Source: Cenococcum geophilum (lineage: Eukaryota). From it: DNA of 64,000 bases. Of this stretch, positions 52,616 to 64,000 are shown in pieces. Position numbers and translations under genes: made by a program. Within the stretch, counting starts at the first letter, position 1. Every line of letters starts with the position of its first letter. The DNA lies in the NCBI GenBank assembly GCA_050273025.1, contig CP158635.1:25544001-25608000 (forward strand). The letters run 5' to 3'. The notes below the pieces were generated by a model. The model had not been told where the DNA came from. It saw only the letters and a list, made by a program, of their open reading frames with translations, and searched no databases.

Positions 52616-53339
52616 AAAGCGGCGGTCGCCCTTCCTTGTCCTTGAATCTTCTCTTCCTCCTGCTAAAAGACAGGGCCCTATTTCATGACCTCGAATCCTA
52701 CAGTTCTGAATATCCCTTGAGACCACCACTAATTGGGCACCTTTGTCACCTTTACATCATTTTCATATTTCTGTCCTCGACTACCTATGAAGGGACGTAC
52801 CGGCATATTCTGGCAGAAACCCTTTGCCCAGGTATGATCACATTACAGCTGAGAAATTTCAATTACCAGCTCGTATTTGCACGAGCATAGAGGTAGCTTA
52901 TATTTCTCTTCCCTTCTGGTGGCCTCAAATTCTAGCATACCCTTCTCCGGACCCATTTATCTACGAGCGCTGGAGTTTAAAGGCGGACAAAACAGTTTAG
53001 GTGGCATGTCATTATCTTCAAATCGGAACTTTCATAAAATTGATCATTATTCTAACCTCTAGTTACTCCTGGACCACCCTGTATTGTGTTCAGTGCGAAA
53101 TCGATACCTTTTTAACGACATCACTCTTAGCAAGTCTAGCATAGTCAAATATCTAGCTCTACACTTGGCTTATGTTATGCTATTATCGGTGGTTTTGCAT
53201 GAAGGACTTGGACGGCTAAGCATGCAAATTTCCAATAATTACCAATAATCGCCAGACTCGAAATAGGTTCAACATTTGCCAAATCTCGCCCCAAGAACTC
53301 CGATACGGTCCCCAAATTTTGCTAGTATAGTCGTAGCCA

Positions 53340-53660
53340 AGTTTCACAAGATACATTAAGAACAATAACTTTAATAAAGTTAAATCCCTCTACGCGATTA
53401 AATTAATTCATTGCCAAATGCTTGAAATGAGTATAATTAGATCAGCCTTCCAGTAAGCAGGCCTTATTCCTTACAACCCTAAATCGTCCTTGATTCTACG
53501 CGAGGCGCATCCCACTACTTCCCCCCTCTACTATCTTATGACCTACCATCTATACTATATATACAAAGATCTTTGCGTACAGTTTAAAAGAAAGGTTTCC
53601 GCTGGCTTGGGAGGTATATAAAGATAATAAGGAGGCCATGAATATCTTTATAAGATTTTG
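53340..53660 (+). mobile_element. RIP-degraded fragment of a Fot1/pogo-type transposase (C-terminal DDE_1 region); ends approximate
   Basis: Reads NFNKVKSLYAIKLIHCQMLEMSIIRSAFQ*AGLIPYNPK, matching the I.SAF..AGL.PYNP motif; AT-rich. Confidence 0.6.
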
Positions 53661-54675
53661 CAAGAGGTAGTTCGGCAGATATGCATGCATAACTATCCCT
53701 TGCAACGTCAGGGTCCTCAGAGCAAGCGGTCTGTGCGGGAACACCGTCTTTAACACAACCCGTATATCTATATAGAATTTAATTATCAATTACACCTATA
53801 TCTAAAATACCGTTCTGCAAGAAGGACGGCTGACAGAGGCCTTATATTGAGTAACTTAACTCCAAAAATTAATCTTATATAACAATTTTATATAGTATAT
53901 GATGAATATCACCAGCCTTGTATATCTGAGTACGGGCGCCGAATCTAGCTAATTTAATTGGCTGGTCCTTATCGATAACCTGAGGACCCGATAAGCCAAA
54001 CGCAAGCTTGTAAATACATAAGCAGTTGCTAAAGCTCATCGGCAACGCTAAAAAGGTAACAGAAAGATTGTATAAAAGGGAGGAGTTGTATATGCGGCAA
54101 ATTCACGATCAATTGTACAAAAGCGTGAGCAGGAGGAGACTCTGAAAGCTGCGCGTGCATTACTGAGGAAGGAACGGGCAACTGCAAAGCAGCTTCTTCA
54201 GGAGAGGCCACAAGGCGGCCAGAGCCTTAATCTATTGTATATAGAGACTCCATCAAGAAACCAGTACTACACCACGAGATTCTAAATATTTGGCTTTTGG
54301 ATAGAGCTCTACGGCTTCAAAACCACGGTCTTGGCAATCTATCGTTGAGGTGGGCTCTACTCGTTGACCGGCACTTACCGGAGGTAAGTGCGATCACGAT
54401 CAAGTCAGCTCTTGACCTTCCAAAGGGCTGTGCTCGACTGCTGCGTTGCACACAACCCACACAAGCTCAATTGGCATTCCTGCGTAAGCTCTGAACATAG
54501 TTTGAATGGTGAATACCTTGCGACTCTTGCTAATGTAAAGGATATCGGCACCCGAATTGCTAACTTGACCTTTCCGTCGCAGGTCCACTGCCTAGTCACA
54601 TCCGTCAGGCTCCGAGAGATCCACAACTACTAAATCCAGCATCACGACTACTTCTAAAACATACTTCAGCGCGTC

Positions 54676-55880
54676 ATGTCTCACGGCGGATATCAACAAT
54701 ACGGAGGTAACCCATACGGACAAACTGACGAGAGTGGTTATGGCGCCTCCAATCCCTACAGCCAGGGTAACGAAGAAGGTGGCTATGGAGCTTCAAATCC
54801 ATATGGCGCTCCTGTAAGCACATAATTGAAGCGCTTAGTTGTGTATAAGCTCGGTTAGAAGTCAAGGATTTCATAACTGACGAGTTATCTAGCAAGGACA
54901 GCCTCTTAATCGTCCACCACCGTTGAATCACCAAGAAGCGTCGAACTATTCTCAAGGCTCTCATTACTCAACGCCCGCTGCACCGGTGCCATCCCAATCA
55001 AGCGCTCCACTCAGTCAATCCGATTTCCTCGCACGTATTGAAGGCACAAAATCTCGAATTAGCCAGTTAACGACCAACATTTCATCGATTGCGAGCATTC
55101 ATCAACGTATGCTTGCTTCTCCAGATAGCAATGTGTCTGCACAGCTTGAGAACATCGTGACGCAAACCCAAATTCAGAACACTGGCATCAAAGACGAGAT
55201 CAAGTTTCTCGAGAGGGATGCAGCGCGAAGCCCCGATAGTACTTTCAAAGGCACCCAAATTGCAAACCTCAAGCGGACATTCAAGAAGCAGTTAGAAGAC
55301 TATCAGAAGGAAGAGCAAGATTACGAACGACGGTATCGAGATGCGATTGCAAGACAATTCCGTATCGTGAATCCAGATGCAACGGAAGCCGAAGTGAACG
55401 AGGCCGCGAACGCGAACTGGGGTGACGAGGGCGTTTTCCAGACAGCTGTATGAGTATACCCTTCCCCCGGATTTTTCGCTACTCTGGTACGATGCTGATG
55501 TTCTTCGTTAATAGCTGAAAAGCAACCGTAGTGGTCAAGCGTCAAGTGTGCTGGGCGCTGTCAGGGCGAGACACAATGACATTGTGCAGATCGAAAAGAC
55601 ATTAGGAGAACTGGCTCTACTCTTTGAACAATTGAACGAGGCTGTAGTTTATCAGGAAGAAGCAGTAACTCAAACGGAGAACCAAACGGCTCGTGTCAAG
55701 GATGATACCGAGAATGCTAATACGCAGCTGGACAAAGGAATTGCAAGTGCAAGGCGGGCTAGAAAGCTTAAATGGTGGACGTTACTCACTGTTCTTGCCA
55801 TCATCATTGTTTTGGGGCTGGTACTCGGCCTGTACTTTGGGCTGCGTAGCAATAACAAGAGTAGCAACAATGGGGCCTAG
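54676..55880 (+). CDS. Plasma-membrane syntaxin (Sso-type Qa-SNARE), 3 exons
   Basis: IARQFRIVNPDATEAEV, VRARHNDIVQIEKTLGELALLF SNARE motif, ARRARKLKWW followed by a C-terminal TM. Confidence 0.9.
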
Positions 55881-57243
55881 ACAGGCTCTGATATGGTTAG
55901 AGGAACAAGATGGGAGGGCCTAACGATTACTAGTAATATGTGGGGGTAATGATAGTTTCACTCATGATGAGCTTGGAAAGGAATGTATATCAAGTCATTC
56001 GCTCGAACGGAGCTCGATATTGTCTTCGTGTCGTGGAATGCTTCGTTCGATAGGGAAGGGTTTTTTCTGGAAGACGGACTTTGATTATGACATCTCGATT
56101 CAAAGCCAACTGTTAATTTTAGCATATTGCGGCAGAACTTGAACAACTAGTCGTCTCAGGGCTACAGGGTTCCTTCGGTGTCAGACAAATACTCTGTCTA
56201 TTAATTTATCCCTCAATCTTCAGTCTGAGAGATTACAGGGTACAGACTCTTGATATACGGGTGTGTTTGTGTTTGGATTTCTGCTTGGACCTCTGCCTGA
56301 GGCTGTTGTGACGACATCGCTTTGCCCGGTTTCAAAACGCTGGGTGCATGACAGGATCAACAAGGCACGAGCTTGTGTGCAAGGGCTGAATCCCTCCTGG
56401 AAGCTTTATCTGCACCATCTTGATGTTTCTTCATACTTTTAGCGTGATGTAGTGATAATGGAATAGTTATTTGGATTTTTGAGGTTTCATCTTAGGCTCT
56501 TCTCCGCCTTCGCATTTTCTGGCACCATCACAGTGCCAAGACATTGGTTTCCCGACACGCGAATTCTCACCAAAATCGACACAACTTTAAACAATAGTAT
56601 AACGCCGCAGCAATCAAATACAGTCAAATGAGTATGTAGATTATTTAATTATTATTATTTTCTGATTAACGTCTGATGGCCTATCTTGCCCCGTCTGCCA
56701 TTCGTACCATGCTTCCGTGCTTTTATAGATTGCCGTAAGATTGCCGTATGTATTGTGAGCCTGACCCCCCTGCCCTATATACGTGTATACGCCTGTGGTC
56801 CCCCTGCATGCAGCATGATCCATTTCCGTACGACCTGACCTTCCACCCCAAAGGAACAGCGGGATAAACTAGGTGTCTTGTCCTAGGCCCCCAACCTAGG
56901 TTCCCTACTGTATCTCCCAGCCAAAAAGATGTGTAGAGGAAGACGAAAGAAATATATCGTTCGATTGCGCGTATAGTGGTTATACCGTACAGAAGGAAGG
57001 GGGTCGCCGGAGGTAGAGATTGCCGCGGTTCGATGGCTTGAACGTACGTCGAGGCATAGTAGTTGTAAGTCTTCGCTGGGGCTCACCCTCCCAGCAAGAA
57101 TTTTTTTTCCGGTCACCACTACGTCGCAGCACCCGCGATGCGCTGCCGTACGTCTCTGCATTTGCCCTAACAGTCTATTGGCACAATCCTGATGGAACGC
57201 CAATAGTAGCTGCTAGGTTCCCGAGCTCCACCACGTGGAGGTG

Positions 57244-58050
57244 CAGGGGCCGATTTCATGGAGCCCTAGATTATTTAATTATATTTAATACTTTGCCAGT
57301 TATATGCTTTTCTTACTGCCCTTAGCCTTCGTTCTATACTGTCGATTAAGCGCTGTATAAGGCCTTAATTAAGGGCTATCTACGCCTCCTTACACGCCTT
57401 AATTACACGCTCTAAATCCTCCGAACTTTGTCCTATTTCCTCGAGCTCTAAAGCTTAAGGATCTTCCTTTTTAGTGCTAGTTTAAGGTATTTAATTGGTT
57501 TAAGTTTAGGTAAGTAGGGAGGGAATTCTAGGGTCTAAACGCCGTGCGTTTCTAACTACTTCTTCACGAGATTCGATTCATAGATTAGAGTGTTATCTAT
57601 CTAGTAAATACCCAAAGGGTTATAGATTGGTATAAGACCGTCTTTTAAGGCCTAGACGTAGCTTCGGGCGCTATAGCCTTCTTTTGCTGCCGAAGGATCC
57701 CTTTCTATAGTAATTAACTCCGAGCGACCGTTATTAAAAACAAGTGTAGAATATCCAGGTAAGATCCTTTCCGTTAGACACCTCTTTAATAAATTTGTAA
57801 TACTACTTTTATAGAGACGTTCGGAAGACCTAAATGGGCTTCTTTCTAGAGCCACGTTTGTAGGAATATTCGTTAGAAAACTTAACTTTTGTCCAACGAA
57901 GCCTTAATCGAGCTACCGCTGGCGTTAGCTTTAGTCTCCTCTTAGCGCGCCAGTTCGTAAACTTCTGTCCAGGTGCGCTACCTCTTTAGATTTAGCGGGT
58001 CTCTTCTAACCTATTTCGGTATAGCGCTACTCTGCCATCCCTTCCAAAGA
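57244..58050 (-). mobile_element. RIP-degraded, internally deleted Tc1/mariner (DDE_3) transposase remnant
   Basis: Relic motifs NWRAKRRLKLT...RLRW, FSNE (FSDE), ELITIERD...GYSARSY, PPYLPKLKPIKYL (PPYSPDLNPIEHL), LIDSIERRLRAV; possible TIR start cagggg at 57244. Confidence 0.75.
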
Positions 58051-58270
58051 TAATCACGTGCAAACTATGCAACCTACTGCGTAAAAAGGGTTTTCCCTGC
58101 AATGCACATGGCGAACCGCTGATCGAGCAAACCTGAAAGCAGCCCCGCAAAATTGTGAATTTAAATACCTTCTCAACCTGCTCGTGCTCCCCTCACTCCC
58201 ATCCTCAACAATTTCAATTTCAATTTCAATTCTCGCCACAACAAAAGCACACCCCAAATTAACGGTAGAA

Positions 58271-60239
58271 ATGACGTCCAAGGGAAAAGTCTGCCTTGCC
58301 TATTCTGGTGGTCTCGATACGTCCTGTATCCTGAGATGGCTCCTAGACCAGAGGTATGAGGTGATTTGCTTCCTTGCCAATGTCGGTCAGGTGAGAACAT
58401 TCCCTTTCCCATCCCTCTTCCTTAATCTAGGCCAGGACATATACAATTGCTGACTAGAAGGTTTGTAGGAGGAAGATTGGGACCAGGTCCGGTCTAAGGC
58501 GACAATGATAGGGGCATCCAAAATTTTCATCCCTGACCTGCGCCGCGAGTTTGTAGAGGATCTATGCCTCCGTGCCATTCAGTGTAATGCACAGTATGAA
58601 GGCAGATACTTGCTTGGAACTAGTCTCGCTCGCCCTGTCATTGCTCGTGCTCAAATGCAGGTTGCTGCGCAGGAAGGCTGTGAGTTTCTACCTCAAATCC
58701 AGGCTTCTTGCTTCTTCTAACAGCGCTATAGGCGAATATGTTAGCCATGGGTGAGTCTCAACTTCTTTTTGGATTCCACGCCAGTAACCTTGCTTTGGGT
58801 TCTTAACTGAACTACGAGAAAGAATATTTGCTGACTTCCCTAATCCAGTTGCACGGCAAGTAACCTGCTTCTTATCGGAACCCTTTTCTCTCAATTTGGG
58901 CATTTTGATCTTTCTTCTCGAACCAACCTTTCCTAATAGGCGATAACAGGGCAAGGGCAACGACCAAGTCCGTTTCGAGCTAGCGTTTCTTACCATCAAC
59001 CCCAAGATCAAGATAATCGCCCCATGGAGAATGCCAGAATTTTTCGAACGTTTCGAGGGCCGTAATGACTTGCTGAATTACGCCGCGGAGACAAACATTC
59101 CAGTCACCTCTACCAAGGCTAAGCCATATAGTATGGACGACAACTTGGCCCACTGCAGCTACGAGAGTGGACAGCTGGAGGATCCTTCCCAGCCTCCGCC
59201 GAATGATATGTGGACTCGGTACGTGACTCCTCGAGGAGATCGTTCGCCTCTGTTTCTCGGCATTCTACCTGTCTAGCGGATAGTGGAGCAAACTCTAATA
59301 TGTAATAGTACCGATGATCCCATGACTGCCCCAGATACTCCCCAAGATATTACTATTCAATTTGAAAGAGGCATCCCTATTAAGCTTCTCTTAGAGGATA
59401 GGGAAATTACGGATAGCCTAGAGCTCTTCGTCGCTTTGAACGCAATTGGTAAGACGCATGGAATCGGTAGGATTGATATCGTCGAGGTTTGTATTTTATG
59501 GCGTAATCACCGTGACAGCTGCTAATCAGGCTTAAAGAACCGCTATGTGGGAATCAAGTCTAGAGGATGCTATGACGCACCTGCTATGACAATCGTGCGT
59601 ACTCTCGATTTTCCTTTTTACTCTTTCTCCGAACGGACCATAAAGCCTGAGTCCCTCTTCCTGCGTTTAAATTTTAAGTTCACTATAGGAACTAACTTCC
59701 AGATGTAGCTTCGACTAGCGCACTTGGATCTTGAAGGTCTCGTTATGGACGGAAAGGTCCGGTCTCTTCGGGATCAGTTCGTGACCCATTCGTGGTCCGA
59801 GATTCTGTACAATGGACTCTATTTCTCGCCGGAACGCGAGTTTATAGAAAATTCCATCATCTTCTCCCAGCAGCGCGTGGTAATTATATACTAACGTCTG
59901 TATTATCTTATAGTCCTATTTCTAACAACTCTAGAACGGCGAGGTACGACTGCGCTGCTATCGCGGCAATTGCTTTATTCTTGGCCGATCCTCTAAGACT
60001 GAGAAACTGTACTCTGAGGTGGAGTCTTCGATGGATAGTTTAGTTGATTTTAGCCCAGTTGACACAAGTAGGTTAACTGTTTCTCTTTGTTCTTTCCGTT
60101 ATAGCTTGTCCGACTCTATATTTACTTATCTAACTATTTCTAACACCGAATAGCTGGCTTTATTAACATTAACTCCATCCGTTTAAAGAAGTACGGTCTT
60201 CAAAAGTTGGAGGAAGGTAATAGCCTTGGAAAAGTCTAA
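58271..60239 (+). CDS. ARG1: Argininosuccinate synthase, ~10 exons including a 7-nt micro-exon
   Basis: [79 protein letters not shown]. Confidence 0.95.
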
Positions 60240-60446
60240 GAACCGGGACGGACATGTTTGGGGGTGCTGAGATGAAGTGAGCCCTTTTGGGAAAGATATA
60301 ATCATGCTCGGACTAGAGACCATTTCTCTTCTTGAGGTGACAGACTCCAAGTTATTACCAGTCCTTGGCATCTGAGTTGGGTAGGCAGGATGAAAAGAGC
60401 TCATATTTTAATTGATATCTACACCAGCTGAGTAGAAGCGCGCGTT

Positions 60447-61168
60447 CTATGATCGAGGGGGCTCCGAACTATTTCGGAGTTTGACAATATTGGTCCTGTG
60501 TCTCAGTGCGGACGGGGTTCGGCGAAATCTAAATTGGGCCTTGAACAGAATAGCCAGACCCTCCCAATGCCCCGAGCGGCTTTTGTTCCCATCATATGCC
60601 TGTGATACCAACCATGACTCCTGCTCACCAGTCCATACACTTGGCACGGGTGATTTTGGAGAGTGCATTCTCCGGCGGCCCCCAACTGCTGTGGAAGTGC
60701 GGCTGATACCGAAGGTAGCATTCAATTCGATCGCGATTTCCATGAAAGACTTGTTCTCGGCTTTCAGTTGAAATAGAAGTTCCAACTCCTCAGCGGACCA
60801 ACGTTTCCGTGATGAATGTACGAATGCAATTTTGCCGCCAGAGGTCGATCTCGTGCCCAGCTTGATCGCTCGTGGTCGGGTTTGGCGGGATCTGTCTGTT
60901 CGACCAAGCTCTGGTGGAATAGCTTGAGGTCTTCACTGGACCATGACGCTCTGAAGTACTGGTTGAACTCATTGCTTATATCCTCCCAGTTGCTGCTCTT
61001 TTGTGCAGCGTTGGCAATCCAGTGACGCTGCTCCACAGTCCAGGCTGTTTTGTTTCTGTGCAACCTCTTGTCGATGAATCTGCGGATGTCACCTGGAGTC
61101 TTGGATCGACCCATACTGTTAAAGGCAGCTTCGAATCTGGCTGCGAGTTCGTTGAAAGTGGTGTCCAC
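60447..61168 (-). pseudogene. Myb/SANT-like repeat-containing ORF pair joined by a frameshift or intron
   Basis: Repeats WTVEQRHWI...WEDISNEFNQYF, WSAEELELLFQL...FMEIAIELNATF, WTGEQESWL...WEGLAILFKAQF. Confidence 0.55.
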
Positions 61169-61287
61169 ACCTATCGCTTGATCAACCCACTCTGCTTCGT
61201 TCTTGTTCCAACCTTAACTATCAGGGTCTGCCCGTTTTAACTTCATCCCGCTCCTACTCAATCGTTGTGCCTCACAAAACTTTGACT

Positions 61288-62304
61288 TCAAAGCTTCTTT
61301 TTCTGCTGTAGTAAGGTCTGACTGAAGGGAGCGCTCGTGATTATGGAGAAGACGGCTAAATTGGGGTCGTCATCCTTTTCCTCTCCATCAGGACCGCTTT
61401 CCATTGCAGGCTTTTCCGGCGCAGACAGCCTGGTCAGGTGATCCGCTTCCTCCCAGACCTGTGTAATCAGGATGCCATAGTGAGTCTTTAGTCGGGCCTC
61501 GTTAATGTGAATATCGTGGTGTTTCGAGAGCCACTCCAACACCTTGGCTGCCAGTCCTTCGCGCGCCATGTAGAAGCCAAGCCAACCGGACGCCAAATCA
61601 GGGTTGAAAAAGTTCTTCGCCGTCTGGCTTTGGCGGTAGACTTGGAAAGGGTGGTCCTCAGGTGGTCCTGACTTCCTGTTTCCGTGCATGATTTGTAGCA
61701 TCGCGTGTTTTACAGAGAGCGCTTCAACAGGCATGCTGCCTTCCAGAACATACTCCAATATCCATGCGAATCGGTCTTGAAGTTGGGTCCCATTTTGGAC
61801 CCCCCAGTTGTTCTCTAGACGAAGGTAGAGCTGTTGCCAGAATTGCGGCTCGGACAAGTTGTGCGTTCCATCGAAGGCTCCTTGGTGGACTTCTTTTATG
61901 ACGCGTTTCAAAACTCGGAAAGTAGAAACATGATTCTGGATTATATTTTTTTGTGCCATCAAGTCGTACGCTGAAGTCAGGTCTAAAGTGACGTGCCGTT
62001 CTGCCTGTTCAGCTGGTGCCTTCTCCGCAGCGGCCTCGTTGACGGTGAAACATTGACCCATCGACAACATGTCGAACCGTTTCGTATCACTTGGCCAGGC
62101 GTAAGTTGCGTCTTCATCATCGTCTCCTTCCTCGGGTACGTCTATTCTCTCCGCAATGCCTAGATGCCGGATCAATTGCATGTCTGGTGTTGCGTATTGC
62201 TCTGGGTGGAGTGAAATAGCCTCAATCCGTGCGTTGTTATCTAGTTCGGGGTCGTAATACCAAGGTGAAAGGACCGGTGAGGGCTGCCACTCTGCCGGAG
62301 TCAT
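61288..62304 (-). CDS. Uncharacterised 338-aa ORF, probably part of a larger decayed locus
   Basis: Long ORF with protein-like composition; no family recognised. Confidence 0.5.
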   Translation of the reverse strand: MTPAEWQPSPVLSPWYYDPELDNNARIEAISLHPEQYATPDMQLIRHLGIAERIDVPEEGDDDEDATYAWPSDTKRFDMLSMGQCFTVNEAAAEKAPAEQAERHVTLDLTSAYDLMAQKNIIQNHVSTFRVLKRVIKEVHQGAFDGTHNLSEPQFWQQLYLRLENNWGVQNGTQLQDRFAWILEYVLEGSMPVEALSVKHAMLQIMHGNRKSGPPEDHPFQVYRQSQTAKNFFNPDLASGWLGFYMAREGLAAKVLEWLSKHHDIHINEARLKTHYGILITQVWEEADHLTRLSAPEKPAMESGPDGEEKDDDPNLAVFSIITSAPFSQTLLQQKKKL

Positions 62305-63128
62305 ATATTTCCACTTGTATCGATTCCATAATTGAGCACGCTCAGAACACCCGATCGCAAAATCTGGTTTACCGGCACGTTTTCCGAGCGCAGTTACGCG
62401 GTAGCTTCATACAAAGCTTCGAGTAAATTAGACCACGATAACTTCGGGAATTGGAGCATTCCATTCTCTGACTTGACAATGGAAATCTTTAGCTGCCTCA
62501 AATGTTCCCAGATGCAATGCAGCGTCACAACGACGACTCGTTTTGAGGCGTAATGCGAGAAGCGCATACGACGAATAGCGAGAGACTAGGGTGGCTCCTC
62601 TGTCGTTTGGTCAGTTTACCGCACAGAAGATTCTCATCTTCGAAAGGACTTCCTTACTTTGAATGTGGTCCCAAACGTCCCGGGCAAGCATGGAGAATAT
62701 CAGAACTGGGCCTTTTCGGCTTATCAACGATTCGGTGCGCACAGGTAGATCATCCTTGCTAAGGGTAATATCTCCAAGGACCAATGCCTTTAGCTCCATG
62801 AACGTTTGAGGTCCATCCTCAAGCCCTGGAATATGATAGCGATCGTCTTTGTCGTCCTTTGGAGGCCGTATGAGTTTGAGGCTCTCAAGACATCGTTTGA
62901 TCTGGTAAACCTCCTTCCAGCGATGCTTGAATCCCGCGCGCCCAATACGTCATTTGTAGGATCAGCGGTAAGGGCAGAGTGTAGTGCCTTGAGATGAGCG
63001 TGGAATTTATCAACTCCTTGCTTTCGCAACTTCTCCTGAATAAAATCCCAATGAATTCGTCCTGCTCGGTAGACTTTAAACTTACAATTCTTTAGTATTT
63101 CGATGAATTTTCTCGCCTCATCTGAGGT

Positions 63129-64000
63129 CTAGAGCGTTAGACAGCTTGTATAGCATCTGATCGGTTGGTTGGTAGGGAGTGCGCGGTTCGTTGGTTCCAT
63201 ATCATGCTTGGGCATGTCCAATGGCCAGAGGCTCAAACCCCAGTTGACCCCTGGGTCGGATTCACCTTTCTCGGGACAGAGAGTGTCCAAGAATGCCATG
63301 TCGATGGTCTCTGCCAAGTTGAGTAGGGAATAGCAATGAGTGCAGAGGCTGGCGTTGTCCATGAGAGGTGGTAATACCGAGAGAATGCAATAGAATACTT
63401 CGCTGATACCCTCATGGGATAAGCGACCATGCACATGGAGTCTGGCCGATTTGCGGTCTTTTCTTTTTTTATTGTCGCTTTGAACCTCCCTTTGGTCCTC
63501 CCTTCTCTCTTCACCAGCACTGAGGCTGTATCTTCGTGCTCGACACCTTCGCTACCCTCAAACGCCCAATGATCCGCCCATGGTTGCCAAGTCTTTTCGC
63601 TGCCCCGCGACCTTCGCCGTCCTTTTGGACTGCTCTTCCGGCCGCTTGGCCAACATAGCCTATGTCTTGGTGCGGTCCATTTGCATTCACATGACGTCTT
63701 CCATTAAAAAAGTATACCGCAGCGACATTTGGTGCTGTTGTCTCGAGCTGTTCGAAAGGTAGGTCGGCATACAACGATGACCAGTTACGACGTCCTAGAG
63801 CTGCCCGAACTTGAACGGCTCTGGCGATTCTCTGGCGATGAGTTCGCTAAAAGCTACTTATAGAATGGAATGCTGAACTTTCCATCTACTTCAATCGTCT
63901 CGAAATTCGACAACGTCGCGGCGTCAAAAATGCCATTCAAGATTGACATGTACCATTGGTCACTTCGGATAACTCGGCGTTGGAGGTAGGAGGGGACTGC
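63129..64000 (-). pseudogene. Degenerate GIY-YIG-like nuclease region, frameshifted
   Basis: AAVYFF...IGYVGQA...KRLGNH, then after a frameshift near 63550 LLNLAETIDM...GVNWG; in-frame stops upstream. Confidence 0.45.

Overview
Eukaryotic DNA from a filamentous ascomycete (inferred from GT-AG introns with CTAAC/CTGAC branch points, Pezizomycotina-like proteins and RIP). Conserved intron-containing housekeeping genes (SMD2, DAK1, SNF4, then PTC1, DID4/VPS2, FZO1, TUL1, a DUF4604-like gene, a KTR mannosyltransferase, an 878-aa orphan, YRB1, TAF14, an SSO syntaxin, ARG1) are split by a ~22 kb AT-rich, RIP-mutated island (6555-28332). The island is three nested Ty3/Gypsy chromoviruses, each with both LTRs and a matching 5-bp target-site duplication, possibly sitting inside an older DNA element. 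Most notable: (1) both copies of the inner Gypsy family carry a spliced antisense gene for a Zn(II)2Cys6-like plus coiled-coil protein; its exons and the LTR central segment have diverged between the copies while the intron and gag-pol have not, suggesting a retrotransposon-encoded DNA-binding factor with a cognate LTR site; (2) a ~1 kb highly structured non-coding region between SNF4 and DAK1 with telomere-template-like motifs is a telomerase RNA candidate; (3) a decayed GIY-YIG-like and Myb-repeat locus lies at the right end. All protein calls come from motif recognition by eye; no searches were run, and de-RIP reconstructions are inferences.
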